Source of the DNA: Octopus vulgaris
Lineage: Eukaryota
Direction: 5' to 3'
Length of the DNA stretch: 64,000 nt
NCBI GenBank assembly: GCA_951406725.2
Contig: OX597831.1
Location: 32,426,001 to 32,490,000, forward strand
Below, piece by piece: positions 25,830 through 39,129 of the stretch. Both the position numbers and the translations under genes were made by a program. Under the pieces are notes generated by a model. The model did not search any database, was not told where the DNA came from, and saw nothing but the letters and a program-made list of their open reading frames with translations. Position 1 is the stretch's first letter, and each line of letters begins with the position of its first letter.

Positions 25830-28135
25830 GTGAGTCGTCTAAGTGACCATAAATCGGGGAAAAGATACACTCGTAAATCTGTCAGAAGAGTAGGTATATT
25901 ATCCGAAACGTATAGTATTAAATATCCATCATGGCTGGTCTTACCAATTGATTTCGCGTAAAGAGTACAATGGAATGTTAGGTAACAAACCGATTATGTA
26001 ACTTTACGCTCATCAGAGTTAGCCGATATTGAAGGGAATATGGCGACTGTTCTCTATTGTCGGAGGTGGAATAGCACACCCGGTCAGCGGCTGCCATGAA
26101 ATCAGTTGTGGAACGAAAACGGGGCCAGGAGTTTAGTTTACGAGATATGTCTCTTGATTGGGTATGCTGTGAAGCCGATAAGAGTTATCTTGAGGTGGGG
26201 AAAGTCTGTATTAATGTGGTGCTCCTGTGGGAATGGGGTGAATGGTATGTGTAACGGTGTCATATATATAATTTTTTCCAGTGGTGTAGATGTATAGAGC
26301 TGTGTTCGTTGGTCTGTTTTCTTTCTGTAAAAGATAAAGTCGTGGGGTAGGGGTTATGTTAGCGTGCAGTGTGTAATGCGTGTGTGTGGTCTGTGTATAT
26401 ATGGGGGCAAATTTGTGTGAATGGTATGTGTTGGGGGAGACAGTTTATTTTGTGGAGTGTCCGCCTTACAGGGGTGTGTGCGTGTGTACATTGGCACCTT
26501 GGTTTGTGTTTTGGTCAAACTCTTTTCGCCCGGCTCAATGGCATTGGTGGAAGGTTGTTTGCAGAAGGTCGAAGCAGGGGACCTGTGGTTGCAGTCATAG
26601 TGGGGTGCGCAGGTATGATAGAATGTATTTCTTTTCATTCGGGAAAGGATTGAACACCTCACTCCTGCAATTCATCTGGGCGTTGGATACCTTTTAAAAT
26701 CGCCCTTTTCTCAGCCAAGCACAGTCTGCACTTCCTGCTGCTGTTGAAGTACGGTTTGCATATTTCTAGGGTCTTCCACTTTATGCTGTACTCCCTGGGG
26801 TTTTCTTTCAAAGTCCAGACGTACTTGGCTAGGGTTGTGGCATTACGTCTCTCTGGGATGTTGAACGAAGACTTGTGGTTATTAAAGCGGGTCTTGTAGA
26901 TGTCTTCTGTTGTCTCTACATACCTCCTCACGCTCGGTTGTCCATTGGGTCCTGTTGCTGTTACTTCTGCCTCGGAAACAACTGTTTCCGTCTTGCAGTG
27001 GTCGTTTAGTGGACAAATTGTGTTACCTCTGCATGAGCATCCTACCTCAGCCTCGGGTCTGGGTCTACCAACTAAAATCTTTTTTACCATAGGTGCACAT
27101 CTAAAGGATAATCTCAGTGTATGTCTACTAAATATTTTGCTGAATCTGTTGGTTCGGGGGAAGTGTCTATCAACTAAATTAAGCAAGATCTTACCTACTC
27201 TGGTCTTAACGTTTAAGAAGGGCGGTGTGAACCATAGTACTTCCTGGTGGCGCTTTCTCGAGAGCGGGGGCTAAGTATACAACTAATAGTATCCTTGAAA
27301 CCGCTGGCAGCCAGAACCCATTTGCAGTACGGGGCGATAACATCAAATATATCTTTGCTTGAAGACAAGCTGGAGATTCTCCTGCTGACGCTCTTAGTCA
27401 GGTTCCTGAACACTATGGCTGGATGGCAGGAACCTGTGTTAATGTAAGGCAAATTCTCATTTGGTTTCCTAAAGGGTCTATAGGCACCTGATTCCAGGTC
27501 CAAGGTCACGTCAAGGAAATCCACCGCAGCTTGGTCTCAATAGTGATTTTTAGTCCGTGGGAGTTCATGGTGCCTGTGAGGTCCTTTCTGAAATCTACCT
27601 AGCGCGTGGCCGTTAGCTCCTCTTTGTATTGCCAGCGCGTTGTACCTGTAGAGGCCGAAGCTAATTGAAGGGAATTTCTTTTTTAGCGTATCTAGGATGA
27701 AGAGACCGACTAGGTTACATACATCCACACTCTCAAATGCACACTTTGCCATGTCGAAGGAGCCCTCTGGATCAGTTTGGTTAAAGCAGATCCCTTACTG
27801 ATGAGTAGTGTTCCCAACGCCCGAATGTTTACCTGAATAGCAGGAGTGAGGTATTTAATACTTGCCCGCATGAAAGGAAGTACATTCTATCGTGTCTGCG
27901 CGCCCCAGCATGACTACAACCACAGGTCTGCTGCCTCGACCTTCCACCAATGCTCTTGAACCGGGCGAAAAGAGTTTGACCAAAACACACGCTCACACTT
28001 CTATAAGGTGGACACACCACAAAATAAACTGTCTCCCCCCAATACATACCCCTTCACACAAATTGTACCCCCCACACACACACTCATTATACACCGCACA
28101 CTAACATAACCCCTACCCCACGACTTTATCCTTTG
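25830..28135 (-). mobile_element. decayed Penelope-like retroelement (RT + GIY-YIG endonuclease) with inverted terminal copy
   Basis: Frameshifted ORFs 27752-27537 (GLYRYN at the YRDD position), 27524-27213 (DFLDVTLD..YRPFRKP...S.HP) and 27186-26659 (CSCR..CPL..C, YVETTE..KTRFNNH, CRLCLAEK). 27810-28133 is an inverted copy of 26329-26690. Confidence 0.9.
25933..26024 (-). ncRNA. type I hammerhead ribozyme in the Penelope-like 3' region
   Basis: Minus strand ggctaact CTGATGA gcgtaaag...ctttacgc GAAA tcaattgg TA agaccagcc. Perfect core, 8-bp stem II, same strand as the ORF. Confidence 0.85.
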
Positions 28136-28385
28136 CAACAAACACAAACGCGCGCGCGCACACACACACATATATATGGCGGTGGGGTGTACTGTTTATT
28201 ATGAGTATATAAATTTTCGATTATGCGAATAAAATTTAGAAATAAAAATTTTGGGATGGAGTTTCGGGTCATCCGCTCCATCTTCATTTGTTACCACTAA
28301 TTTCCGTAATTAGTAATTTTCACTTTTTTAAATAATAAAAAAAAAGTCCTCTCCGTTTGAAACACCAACATGACTTAAAACACTC

Positions 28386-29579
28386 GAATCGTTTCGGTTT
28401 GAACGGCAGTTTTTAACATAATTTCTAGGTAACTAAGAAATTTTAAACTTCGTATACTGGTAGAATGTGTTTATAAAACATCTTTTTCACTCGGCTTTAT
28501 TGAGAAAATTCTATAGTTTGTAAGATATTTGTTGTTGTTTTTTCTTCAATTTCTGCAATTTCAACCAATCAATGACGCCCATTGAGGTAAAAAAAACATT
28601 CTGTGCCGTATGAATATGTCCCTCGTTTAAGAAATAGATTGGGGATCTTTTTCTTTTGAACGGCACTTTTCAACACAATTTCTAGTTAACTAAACACTTT
28701 TAAACTTCGTATACTGGTAGAATGTGTCAAAATAAAACATTGTTTTCTCTTGGCTTTCTTGAGAAAATTGTAATTTGTTTGTTTAACGTAGTTTAATTTT
28801 TCGAATTTTAACCAATCCTATGCCCTCTATGTAGCTAAAATCATTTGCTGCATCTAAAACAGACAACATTCTGTCACTAACCTTAATCATCACCCTAAAT
28901 TTTAGCCTTTCGTTTTTTTTTTCTTAATTGTTAAATTAATTTAAGGATAACAATTAAGAAAAAGAAACGAAAGCAATGGAAAATAATTTTAATTTAACAA
29001 TTAAGAAAAAAAAAACGAAAGGCTAAAACGAAAGCAAAAACTCAAAACAAAAACAAAATGAATAATTTTAGACACGCGTAACAATTAAATTAATTTAACA
29101 ATTAAGAAAAAAAAAACGAAAGGCTAAAATTTAGGGTTAAGGTTAGGGTTCGGGTGAGGGTTAGGGTTAGTGACAGGATGTTGTCTCAGTTTTAGACGCA
29201 GCAAATGATTTTAGCTAAATAGAGGGCATAGGATTGGTTAAAATTTGAAAAATTAAACTACGTTAAACTTACAAACTACAATTTTCTGAAGAAAGCCAAA
29301 AGAAAAAAATGTTTTATTTTGACACATTCTACACGTATACGAAGTTTAAAAGTGTTTAGTTAACTAGAAATTGTGTTGAAAAGTGCCGTTCAAAAGGAAA
29401 AGATCCCAGATTGGGTTTATTTGCATTTGTGAAGAAAAAAAGATACCCTTCCCCCACCCCTAACCCTAACCCTAAAACAGATTGAAATGCAATAATAGAT
29501 CGATACTAGGGTCATAATTATGGGTGACAATTTCATACGACACCGTTAGAAAAAACTGCCGTTCAAACCGAAAAGATCC
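28386..29579. mobile_element. Merlin-like MITE, outer element
   Basis: Reverse-oriented copy of 11136-11568. 8-bp TSD aaacactc / aaatactc. Confidence 0.85.
28643..29406. mobile_element. related fold-back MITE nested in the outer MITE
   Basis: GGATC...GATCC ends, ~290-bp inverted arms, 8-bp TSD tagattgg / cagattgg. The empty site is visible in the 11136 copy. Confidence 0.88.
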
Positions 29580-30387
29580 AAATACTCGAAAACGAATTTC
29601 TGTAAATTGTCATTCAAAAAATACATTTCAAAGAGAGTTATAAGGGAATCCGAACAAAATTGAACAGAAGAGAATGATCGGAAACTCCTTAAAAATATTT
29701 TTAGCTTCAAATGTTATCAACATAATTGTAATCTTTATCCTTGAAAACGTAATTGTGTAAAATTTCATTTAGAAATATAAATTTTTCATAAAATTGTGTG
29801 AAAAGAAAGTCGGGAGATGTGTGGCACTTTACTGTAGTTATGTCTATGTGGACGTAAGCAGTAAACCGTAAAGGAATTTCCCGGTATCCACCGTTGCTAA
29901 GGTAGCCATTTTTTGTAAACAAAAATCCCGGTCACCTGTTAGTACTTGTTGGAGGAAGCGTATGATAGAAAGTTCTTTTTTTTTTCCTAACGACAGAAAA
30001 TATTGGCTTCAAAAAATAGAAAAAGAAATAATAATATAATTACGACAATTGTAAAGGAAATTTCTAACGTAATTCTTGATTGAAGAAATAAGGAGAAAAG
30101 AAAAAAAAACAAGCAAAATATAGAACTTGGACCTCGAAATCTGTCACTTGACGATTGTATAATACAGTGTAATCAAATATAATTAGTAGCACAGTGATTG
30201 TATATAATAATAGTAATATTAGTAATAATATTATAAATATTAAGTATAAAATCAACGACATTATATAAACTATATTTGTGGGGTTTTTTTTAATTCATCA
30301 TTTCAACGTAAATTCGAAACTGCTGAAAAGAAAAAAAGTCTTAGCTTCGTGTTGTTCCTGTTGGTTTCTATAAACAAACGCCTCATC

Positions 30388-30431
30388 ATGTCTTCTTCGC
30401 TTCATATGATACGGCCTTTATATCGAAACAA
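30388..30431 (+). CDS. candidate first coding exon (MSSSLHMIRPLYRN..) of an unidentified gene
   Basis: ATG, 14 open codons and a GTAAGT donor at 30432, in unique DNA near the edge of the CpG-retaining domain. No downstream exon identified. Confidence 0.35.
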
Positions 30432-31739
30432 GTAAGTTCTCTCTCTATCTCTCTTCATGTTATAAGTTCAGTGTAGTATCTCGGTTTATTATCGCAAAAC
30501 TGACAGCGGGAAATATTGAGAAGGATTCCGAAATATTGATGCTGGCATACCAACAAGTGGTCGATATAACACCGATCTCCCTCAGTTTGTAACTGGTATT
30601 TATTGATTTGTTTAGGGAAAGAAATCGAAGCGGTTTTTTCGGTTTATGACCACAAAATCAAAGAATAAAATTATTTTAAACAGCCGACATTAGAAAATTA
30701 AAATATATATTTTTTCTTTTGCAGAATCGTAAGTTCTGTATTCTTTAAACGTGGAATCTACCAAAACGTTTTGAGGTAAAAAAAAACCCCTAAAAAGTGG
30801 ATAATGGTGTGGGGTGGGGGGGTTTAAAAATTTGAAAAGTTTTTGGGAGGGTTGGGCAAAATCGTAATCTTCGTTGTTGATGTTGAAAATTTTGGGAGGA
30901 GTAAAAAAGCAGATAAAAATAAAAGAAATGATAAAAAATGGGTGTGTGTGTTTCGTGGTATTAATTCCATACATTTATCTGGATATTACGGAATAATATC
31001 AATATTTCTGCTTGCAATTTGTGGTCAAAAACCGAAAGAATGCTTTCATCTTTATGATTTCCTCTCTGAGGTTTTCCAGGCTCAACGTCACTTTTAATTC
31101 CCAAATCATCTTCGCTTAGAGACGAGTTTACAGGTGATTGATATAATGTTGAAATAGTTATACAACAGTGTCTCCATAGTTACGAAACCTGTGTGATATA
31201 TGTGATAAACTTAAGCCCAAATAGGGTCGACCCAATCCTTGAGTAAACGGAAACTGAAAGGAAGCCTTGGACTGTAATTGCAATTCAAAGGTCTGCCCTT
31301 ATCACACAATGTGTCGTACTGCTTCTGTTCGAGGATTGCAGTATGTCTGTGGAATACTCGGTCACGTCCTAATAGGACAATATGGAGGAAGTGCAGTTGA
31401 AAGTTCTACTCAGTTACTCATTGCTGAAACGGGGGGTGGGGCGATCCAATTTATTTCTATTATGTCTAAATAATAAATTTAAAAAATACGGGATGGTCAT
31501 GGGTGGAATGCCTTGGATTGTAAGTCTGCTTGGTCAGCGTTGACATGGAACCAAACAGCCCCCAACCCCCAGAACTCAACCATTTCAGAGACAGTCATTT
31601 GAAACGAGACAGCAGCTGCCCTCAGCTGATTTAAACTAAACATTCCTTAGCAGACATTTGAGATGTGTGTTTGCATATTTAGAACGGAGAAGTTTTGTAA
31701 TTCTATATTTTTATCTGGTTATTTATAGGATATGTGTGT

Positions 31740-31790
<51 letters not shown>

Positions 31791-31792
<2 letters not shown>

Positions 31793-32274
31793 CAAGATAA
31801 GAAAATGGAGAAATACACCTAAATCAAATATCAATTACCAGATAATACTCAATCACATACTTTTTTAAACCACCACATAAGAGACTGTAGGGTTAAACAT
31901 AAAAAAGCAGAACAAAATAGTGTACATAAAGGAATGTACATGTACACTTTTTTATGTACATTCCTTTATGTACACTGATTTGTTCTGCTTTTTTATGTTT
32001 AACCCTACAGTCTCTTATGTAGTGGTTTAATAAAGTATGTGATTGAGTATTATCTGGTAATTGATATTGGATTCAGATGTAGTTCTCCATTTTCTTATCT
32101 TGTATTATTAATTTGTGGTAAATCATTTTACCTTTGCCCATATAATACAGTAAATGAATTGATTGCATTGCAATCCTTAACATTTATGTATTAACTTTGT
32201 TGGGTACTTCACTAGCAGTATATTGGATATATGTTATCCCATGGAGGGTTGCATTTACAACCCCTATCTCAATT

Positions 32275-32277
<3 letters not shown>
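31791..32277. repeat. (TA)n-flanked fold-back element
   Basis: Inverted arms ~31791-31940 / 31955-32104, followed by an unpaired extension to (TA)n. Confidence 0.75.
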
Positions 32278-32307
<30 letters not shown>

Positions 32308-32309
<2 letters not shown>

Positions 32310-32645
32310 CGGAGATGTACTCGCATAGCAAGTAATTTGATCTGAGATTGTGTGCTGAAACGAAAACAATTGCAGCGTGGAAGGTGTTTATAAGCCATTT
32401 AAGAAACACACAAAAGCCGTTCAATTCACTTCAACATTTAAGTTTAATTTGTCAAAATATTTTCGTCGCTAAAATCCGCGACCTGTTCACTGACAAAGTC
32501 CGTGCTGCATCTCTTTGTCAGTGAACAGGTCGCGGATTTTAGCGACGAAAATATTTTGACAAATTAAACTTAAATGTTGAAGTGAATCGAACGGCTTTTG
32601 TGTGTTTCTTAAATGGCTTATAAACACCTTCCACGCTGCAATTGT
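32308..32645. mobile_element. (TA)n-flanked fold-back element with mirrored variant hammerheads
   Basis: Inverted arms 32366-32498 / 32513-32645 are nearly identical. Confidence 0.8.
32514..32563 (+). ncRNA. type I hammerhead variant with G3:C8 core (mirror copy at 32448-32497, minus strand)
   Basis: tttgtca GTGAACA g gtcgc-ggatttta-gcgac GAAA atat TT tgacaaa. Confidence 0.7.
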
Positions 32646-33810
<1,165 letters not shown>

Positions 33811-34409
33811 ATAGGGATGATATTATTAAAATACCATCATGAGTGGTAAGCAGATTATCAGCCGTACAGGCAAATTAATAAAATATATACATACAATATT
33901 AGGTATGTACATATATATACACAAGGGTACTACACGAGTACCTATATTGCTAAAAAATAGAAGTCAAAAAATACTTCTGTACCACCAAATAGTCACAAAT
34001 CTATTTCAGACATGATAGGAAAAAATTCAGTGAACAGTAATAATGTCTTACCTCTACTAGGTCAGAACAAGTAAATGCTGGTCAGCCTGGTACTGGTTTG
34101 AAAATTTAGTGCCAAATAGGTGCCCGATTTCTCATCAGCCAAAGTCCACCAGCTATTCTACAAATTGCGTTTTCTGTCTACTAAATTCACTCTCAGGGTT
34201 TTGGTCAGCCTGGGGCTAAGGTGCCATGCAGTGGGATCGAAGCAAATTTCTTACCACACAGTCATGCCTGCACCTCCATATGCATACATACATATATATA
34301 TATACATGTATATATATGTATATATATATATACATGTATATATATACATACACACACATGTATAAACAGACACACAAACATGTATATATATATATATATA
34401 TATACATGG

Positions 34410-34800
34410 CACTCGAGCCCCGTGCTAGTAGGGTATTAAGAGCACCATCTGTGCGTGATCGTTGCCAGAGCGGCTATCTGGCCACCGTGCCGGTGGCACA
34501 TAAAAGACACCATTTGAGCGTGATCGTTACCAGCATCGCCTTACTGGCACCTGTGCTGGTGGTATGTGTAAAAGATTCGAGTGAGGTCGTTGCTAGTACC
34601 GCTTGACTGGCCCTGTGCCGGTGGCACGTAAAAGCACCGACTACACTCTCGGAGTGGTTGGCGTTAGGAAGGGCATCCAGCTGTAGAAACTCTGCCAGAT
34701 CAAGATTGAAGCATGGTGCAGCCTTCTGGTTCACCAGCCCTCAGTCACATGTCCAACCCATGCTAGCATGGAAAGTGGACGTTAAACAATGATGATGATG
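34410..34800 (+). mobile_element. RTE LINE 3' UTR fragment
   Basis: Repeated gtgccggtggcac.taaaa units, conserved terminal ~170 bp and (GAT)n tail. Confidence 0.8.
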
Positions 34801-37199
34801 ATATATATATGTACATACATAAATGCATACATATATTTATATATATATGATGATGATGATGATATGTATATACACACACACACACACTATGTACATGCAT
34901 ATACTAAGCCTTGTGGAGGAGATGACAAAGGATTGAGATATCTGGTGTTTTGCTGTACTGGAGAAGACCCCTCCTCCGCAACAGAATTGCCAATGCCATT
35001 CCCTCTGCCGAAGAGGGTTGACCTGCAAGAGCCCTATGCTGGGGCCATGTAGAAGCACCCATGCTGGCTGTCGCCATGTAGTCGCACCTGTGCTGGCACC
35101 ACATAAAAGCACCTGCGTTGGTTCTACTTAAAAAGCACCCAGTACACTCTGTAAAGTGGTTGGCATGTTAGGAAGGGCATCTAGCTGTCGAGACCAAGCC
35201 AAATCAGACTGGAACCTGGTGCAGCTCTCCAGCCTTGTCAGCTCTGGTCAAATCGTCCAACCCATGCCAGCATGGGAAATAGCTGCTAAAAGGTGATGAT
35301 ATGTATGTAGAGTGTGCGTTTATATAGTGTGGCCATGGTTGGACTGGTCAGGGAGACATTGTTTGGTGTTTATATTTGACGTTGGTCTGTTTGGGAATTT
35401 TATAAGGCTGAATCATATCTAGGGATGGGTCCAGATGGACATGCAGTTGGGTGACAGCTGTCTGTCTGTGTCTTGCTTTCTCTTGTCACATAGTCATACA
35501 GTCACACACACACATGCATACATATTTATATGCACATAGACATTCATATATTTATACAAACACACGCATACACATATTTATACTCACACACACACACATA
35601 CACATATCTATCCACACATGTACATACACACACACATACCGCCATCTCTCTGTCTGTCTCTCTATATATACACACACACACACGTACACATATATTCAAA
35701 GATATGCACTCACACATGTATATATATATATATATACATTCCCTCATACATTTGCATTCCAATCTGCTTCCTGCTGTGTATTTACAAGGGTGCATAAACA
35801 CACACACACACACGTATAAATCATGCTCTCAACAGCCTTATCTCACTCAATGTTTTCCATGAGAGAGAGAGAAGAGTAAATACCTGTTTACAAAGCCAAG
35901 AGGGTACAGGTTAATATGATTCTGGTACTACCGCCTCTACTCATGCTACCACCTCTACTCATGCTACCACCTCTACATGCTATACTATCATCACCACTAC
36001 TATAGCCATCACAGTCACTACCAGGCTGTCACCATTAATAAACCAGTACTACCACAGCCACTACCACACTAGCATCACCAGAGACACCACTAGCGCCACT
36101 ACTACCACCTACACAATCACCACCACCACAACCACTACAACCACAATTATCATCATCATAACAACCGCTAACGCAACTACCATCACAGCCCCTGTACCTC
36201 CATTAATTCTACTACTACCACCGCTACCTGCACTATAACCACTTAGACAGCAGCTACTACCACCACTAACCCTACTACTACCACTACCACCACTGCTGCT
36301 GCTACTCCCACCACCCATACCACAATTACAACATCTAAGAAGTGATGTTCTGTTTGTAGACATCACAAAGTACACATCACTCCTTAAATTACCTAAAATA
36401 AATGACATTGGTCTATTGGAGTTACTTCCCTTTGTTTACCTTATTTTTGTTTTTAAATCACCACCATTATCCATTTCTCACTATCACCACCACCACTACT
36501 ACTATTACCCAAACCACCACCACTCATACCTGTGTTATTAAGTGAACCAATCCTATTAGAACTAGTTTCTGTTTCTCTCTCTCTCTTCTTTTGCTGCAAA
36601 CGTATCTTCTTCCTCCCTCTCTCTCCCCGCCTCTCCCCTCACCCTCTGCTGTACACCCAGCTCTCTTCCCAGTCGACAACCAATCTTGTAGATATACATA
36701 ACTATATATGGAGGAGTGACAGGTGGTGTTGGTGGTAGTTGTGGTGGGAGAGAGACAGAGAGAGAGAGTGTGTGTGTGTGTGTGAGAGAGAGAGGGACAG
36801 AGACAGTGATTGGGGGGAGAGGTGTTGGGAGCAGGTAGATAGATAGACAGGCAAACAGGACAGTTCCACTGCATCCACACACACATACACGTATTCTGTG
36901 CTGGGGGTTAGTCACCCACCTGGTTATGTTCATACCACTGTCTTGGACCCTGATCATCATACCGGACTTGTACTTAAAACAACAACAGCAACAGCTGCGA
37001 CAACAACAACAACAACAGCAGTGACACTATGGACACAAGGTTTGTAAATACCATTTCAATTAACGAGATATATTTTCCAGAAATGTGTGTGTGTACGAGC
37101 TGATCCAAAGACCCAGTCTTCAGTGGCACAACTATGCTAAAGTACAAGGCCATGAATTTAGGTGGGAGATGGGTAAAGGTTTGGCGTATTGACCAATGT

Positions 37200-38078
37200 A
37201 TCATCATCATCATCATTGTTTAGCGTCCGCTTTCCATGCTAGCATGGGTTGGACGGTTCAACTGGGGTCTGGGAAGCCAGAAGGCTGCACCAGGCCCAGT
37301 CTGATCTGGCAATGTTTCTACGGCTGGATGCCCTTCCTAATGCCAACCACTCCGTGAGTGTAGTGGGTGCTTTTTACGTGCCAGACGAGGCTGGCAAATG
37401 GCCACGATTGGATGGTGCTTTTTACGTGCTACCGGCACGAGGCCAGTCGGGGCGGTGCTGGAAACGGCCACGTTTGGATGGTTCTCTTACGTACCACCGG
37501 CACTGGTATCACAGCTACAATTTCCATTGATGTTTTTCGATTTTGATTTGGATTTTCACTTGCCTCAACAGGTCTTCACAAGTAGTGTTTTGTGTCCCAA
37601 GAAGGCAAGGTATGCATAAGTGGACTGGCTACATCCCATGTAGAGGCCACGGGTTATGGTCTCACTTGTCCTGCCGGGTCTTCTCACGCACAGCATACTT
37701 CCAAAGGTCTCGGTCTCTAGTCATTTCCTCGGTGAGACCTAAAGTTCGAAGGTTGTGCTTCACCACCTCGTCTCAAGTTTTCCTGTATATAATTCTATAT
37801 ACACAATACACATGATGATGGTGATGATGATATTGCTGATCCTTTCTACTATAGGCACAAAGCCCGAGATTTGGTGATGGTGGTGGACTGGGCAAGTCGA
37901 ATACATTATATTTGCCTCTTCCACAGGTTCCCTCAACTGCTAGGGTGTGGCACTTTTTCACACAACTATCTTCATCCATTCTCGCCACATGACCATACCA
38001 GCACAAACGTCTCTCTTGCACACCACAACTGATGCTTCTTAGGACCAGCTTTTCTCTCAAGGTACTTACACACTCTGT
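37200..38078 (-). mobile_element. RTE LINE 3' fragment
   Basis: RRLCWYGHVARMDEDSCVKKC...VEGTCGRG plus 3' UTR and (CAT)n tail. Confidence 0.88.
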
Positions 38079-38110
38079 ATGTGGTATTTATTTTGGTACA
38101 GCGGGGTTAA

Positions 38111-38331
38111 CCCTTTCATTACCAACCCGGCTGAAACCGGCTCTGGCTCTGTAGTAGAAATGTCTTGTTTTCATAAGTTTTGGATTAAAATCTTCCATCA
38201 AACCTTAGTCACAATTTCTGTTCCTAACACTGGCTGAATGATAAGTAAGTTATTTTACTAAATTCTTTGTTATATTTAAAGTAATTGAAAGAAACACAGA
38301 GCATCTCAAAATAAATACAGTAATGAAAGGG
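38111..38331. mobile_element. piggyBac-like MITE
   Basis: TTAA ccctttcattac...gtaatgaaaggg TTAA. Confidence 0.88.
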
Positions 38332-39129
38332 TTAATATAATTCTATATACACAATACACATGATGATGTTGCTGATCCTTTCTACTATAGCCTGAGATTT
38401 GGTGATGGTGGTGGACTGGGCAAGTCGAATACATTACATTGACCCCCAGGGCTTGCTCAACTGGTACATATTTTATCGAACCCCCAAAAGGATGCAAGAG
38501 AAAAGTCAACCTCGGTGGAGTTTGAACTCAGAACATAAAGAACTAGAAGAAATGCTGCTAAGTACTTTTACCAATGTGCCAACAATTCTGCCAGTTCTGT
38601 ACCCTAATAATAATAATAATAATAATAATAATCCTTTCTACTAAAGCCACAAGGCCTGAAATTTTTTTTGGCAGGGGGACTAGTCGATTACATTGACCCC
38701 AGTGTTTCACTGGTACTTAATTTATTGACTCCGAAAGGGTGTAAGGCTAAGTCAACCTTGGTGGAATTTGAACTCAAATGTAGCAATGGGTGAAATATCA
38801 CTAAGCATATCTTCCAGTGTGCTAACAATTCTGCCAGCTCACCACCTTAATAATAATAATAATAATCCTGGGGACTTGTTGATTACATCAACTCCAGTGT
38901 TTCACTGGTACTTAATTTAGAGACCCTGAAAGGATGAAAGGTAAAGTTGGCCGTGGCAGAATTTGAACTCAAAACGAGGCGGCAGGTGAAATACCGTTAA
39001 GCATTTCACCTGGCATACTAACAAGTCTGCTAGCTTGCTGCCTTAATAAAAAATAATAATAATAATAATGGTTTCAAATTTTGGTAAAAGGCTATCAGAT
39101 TTTGAGGGGAGGAGAACTCAATTACATCA

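Noticed and set aside
25878-25922. Plus-strand CAGAAGA...GAAAC...GTA hammerhead-like string
   Set aside because: Stems I and II do not pair convincingly.
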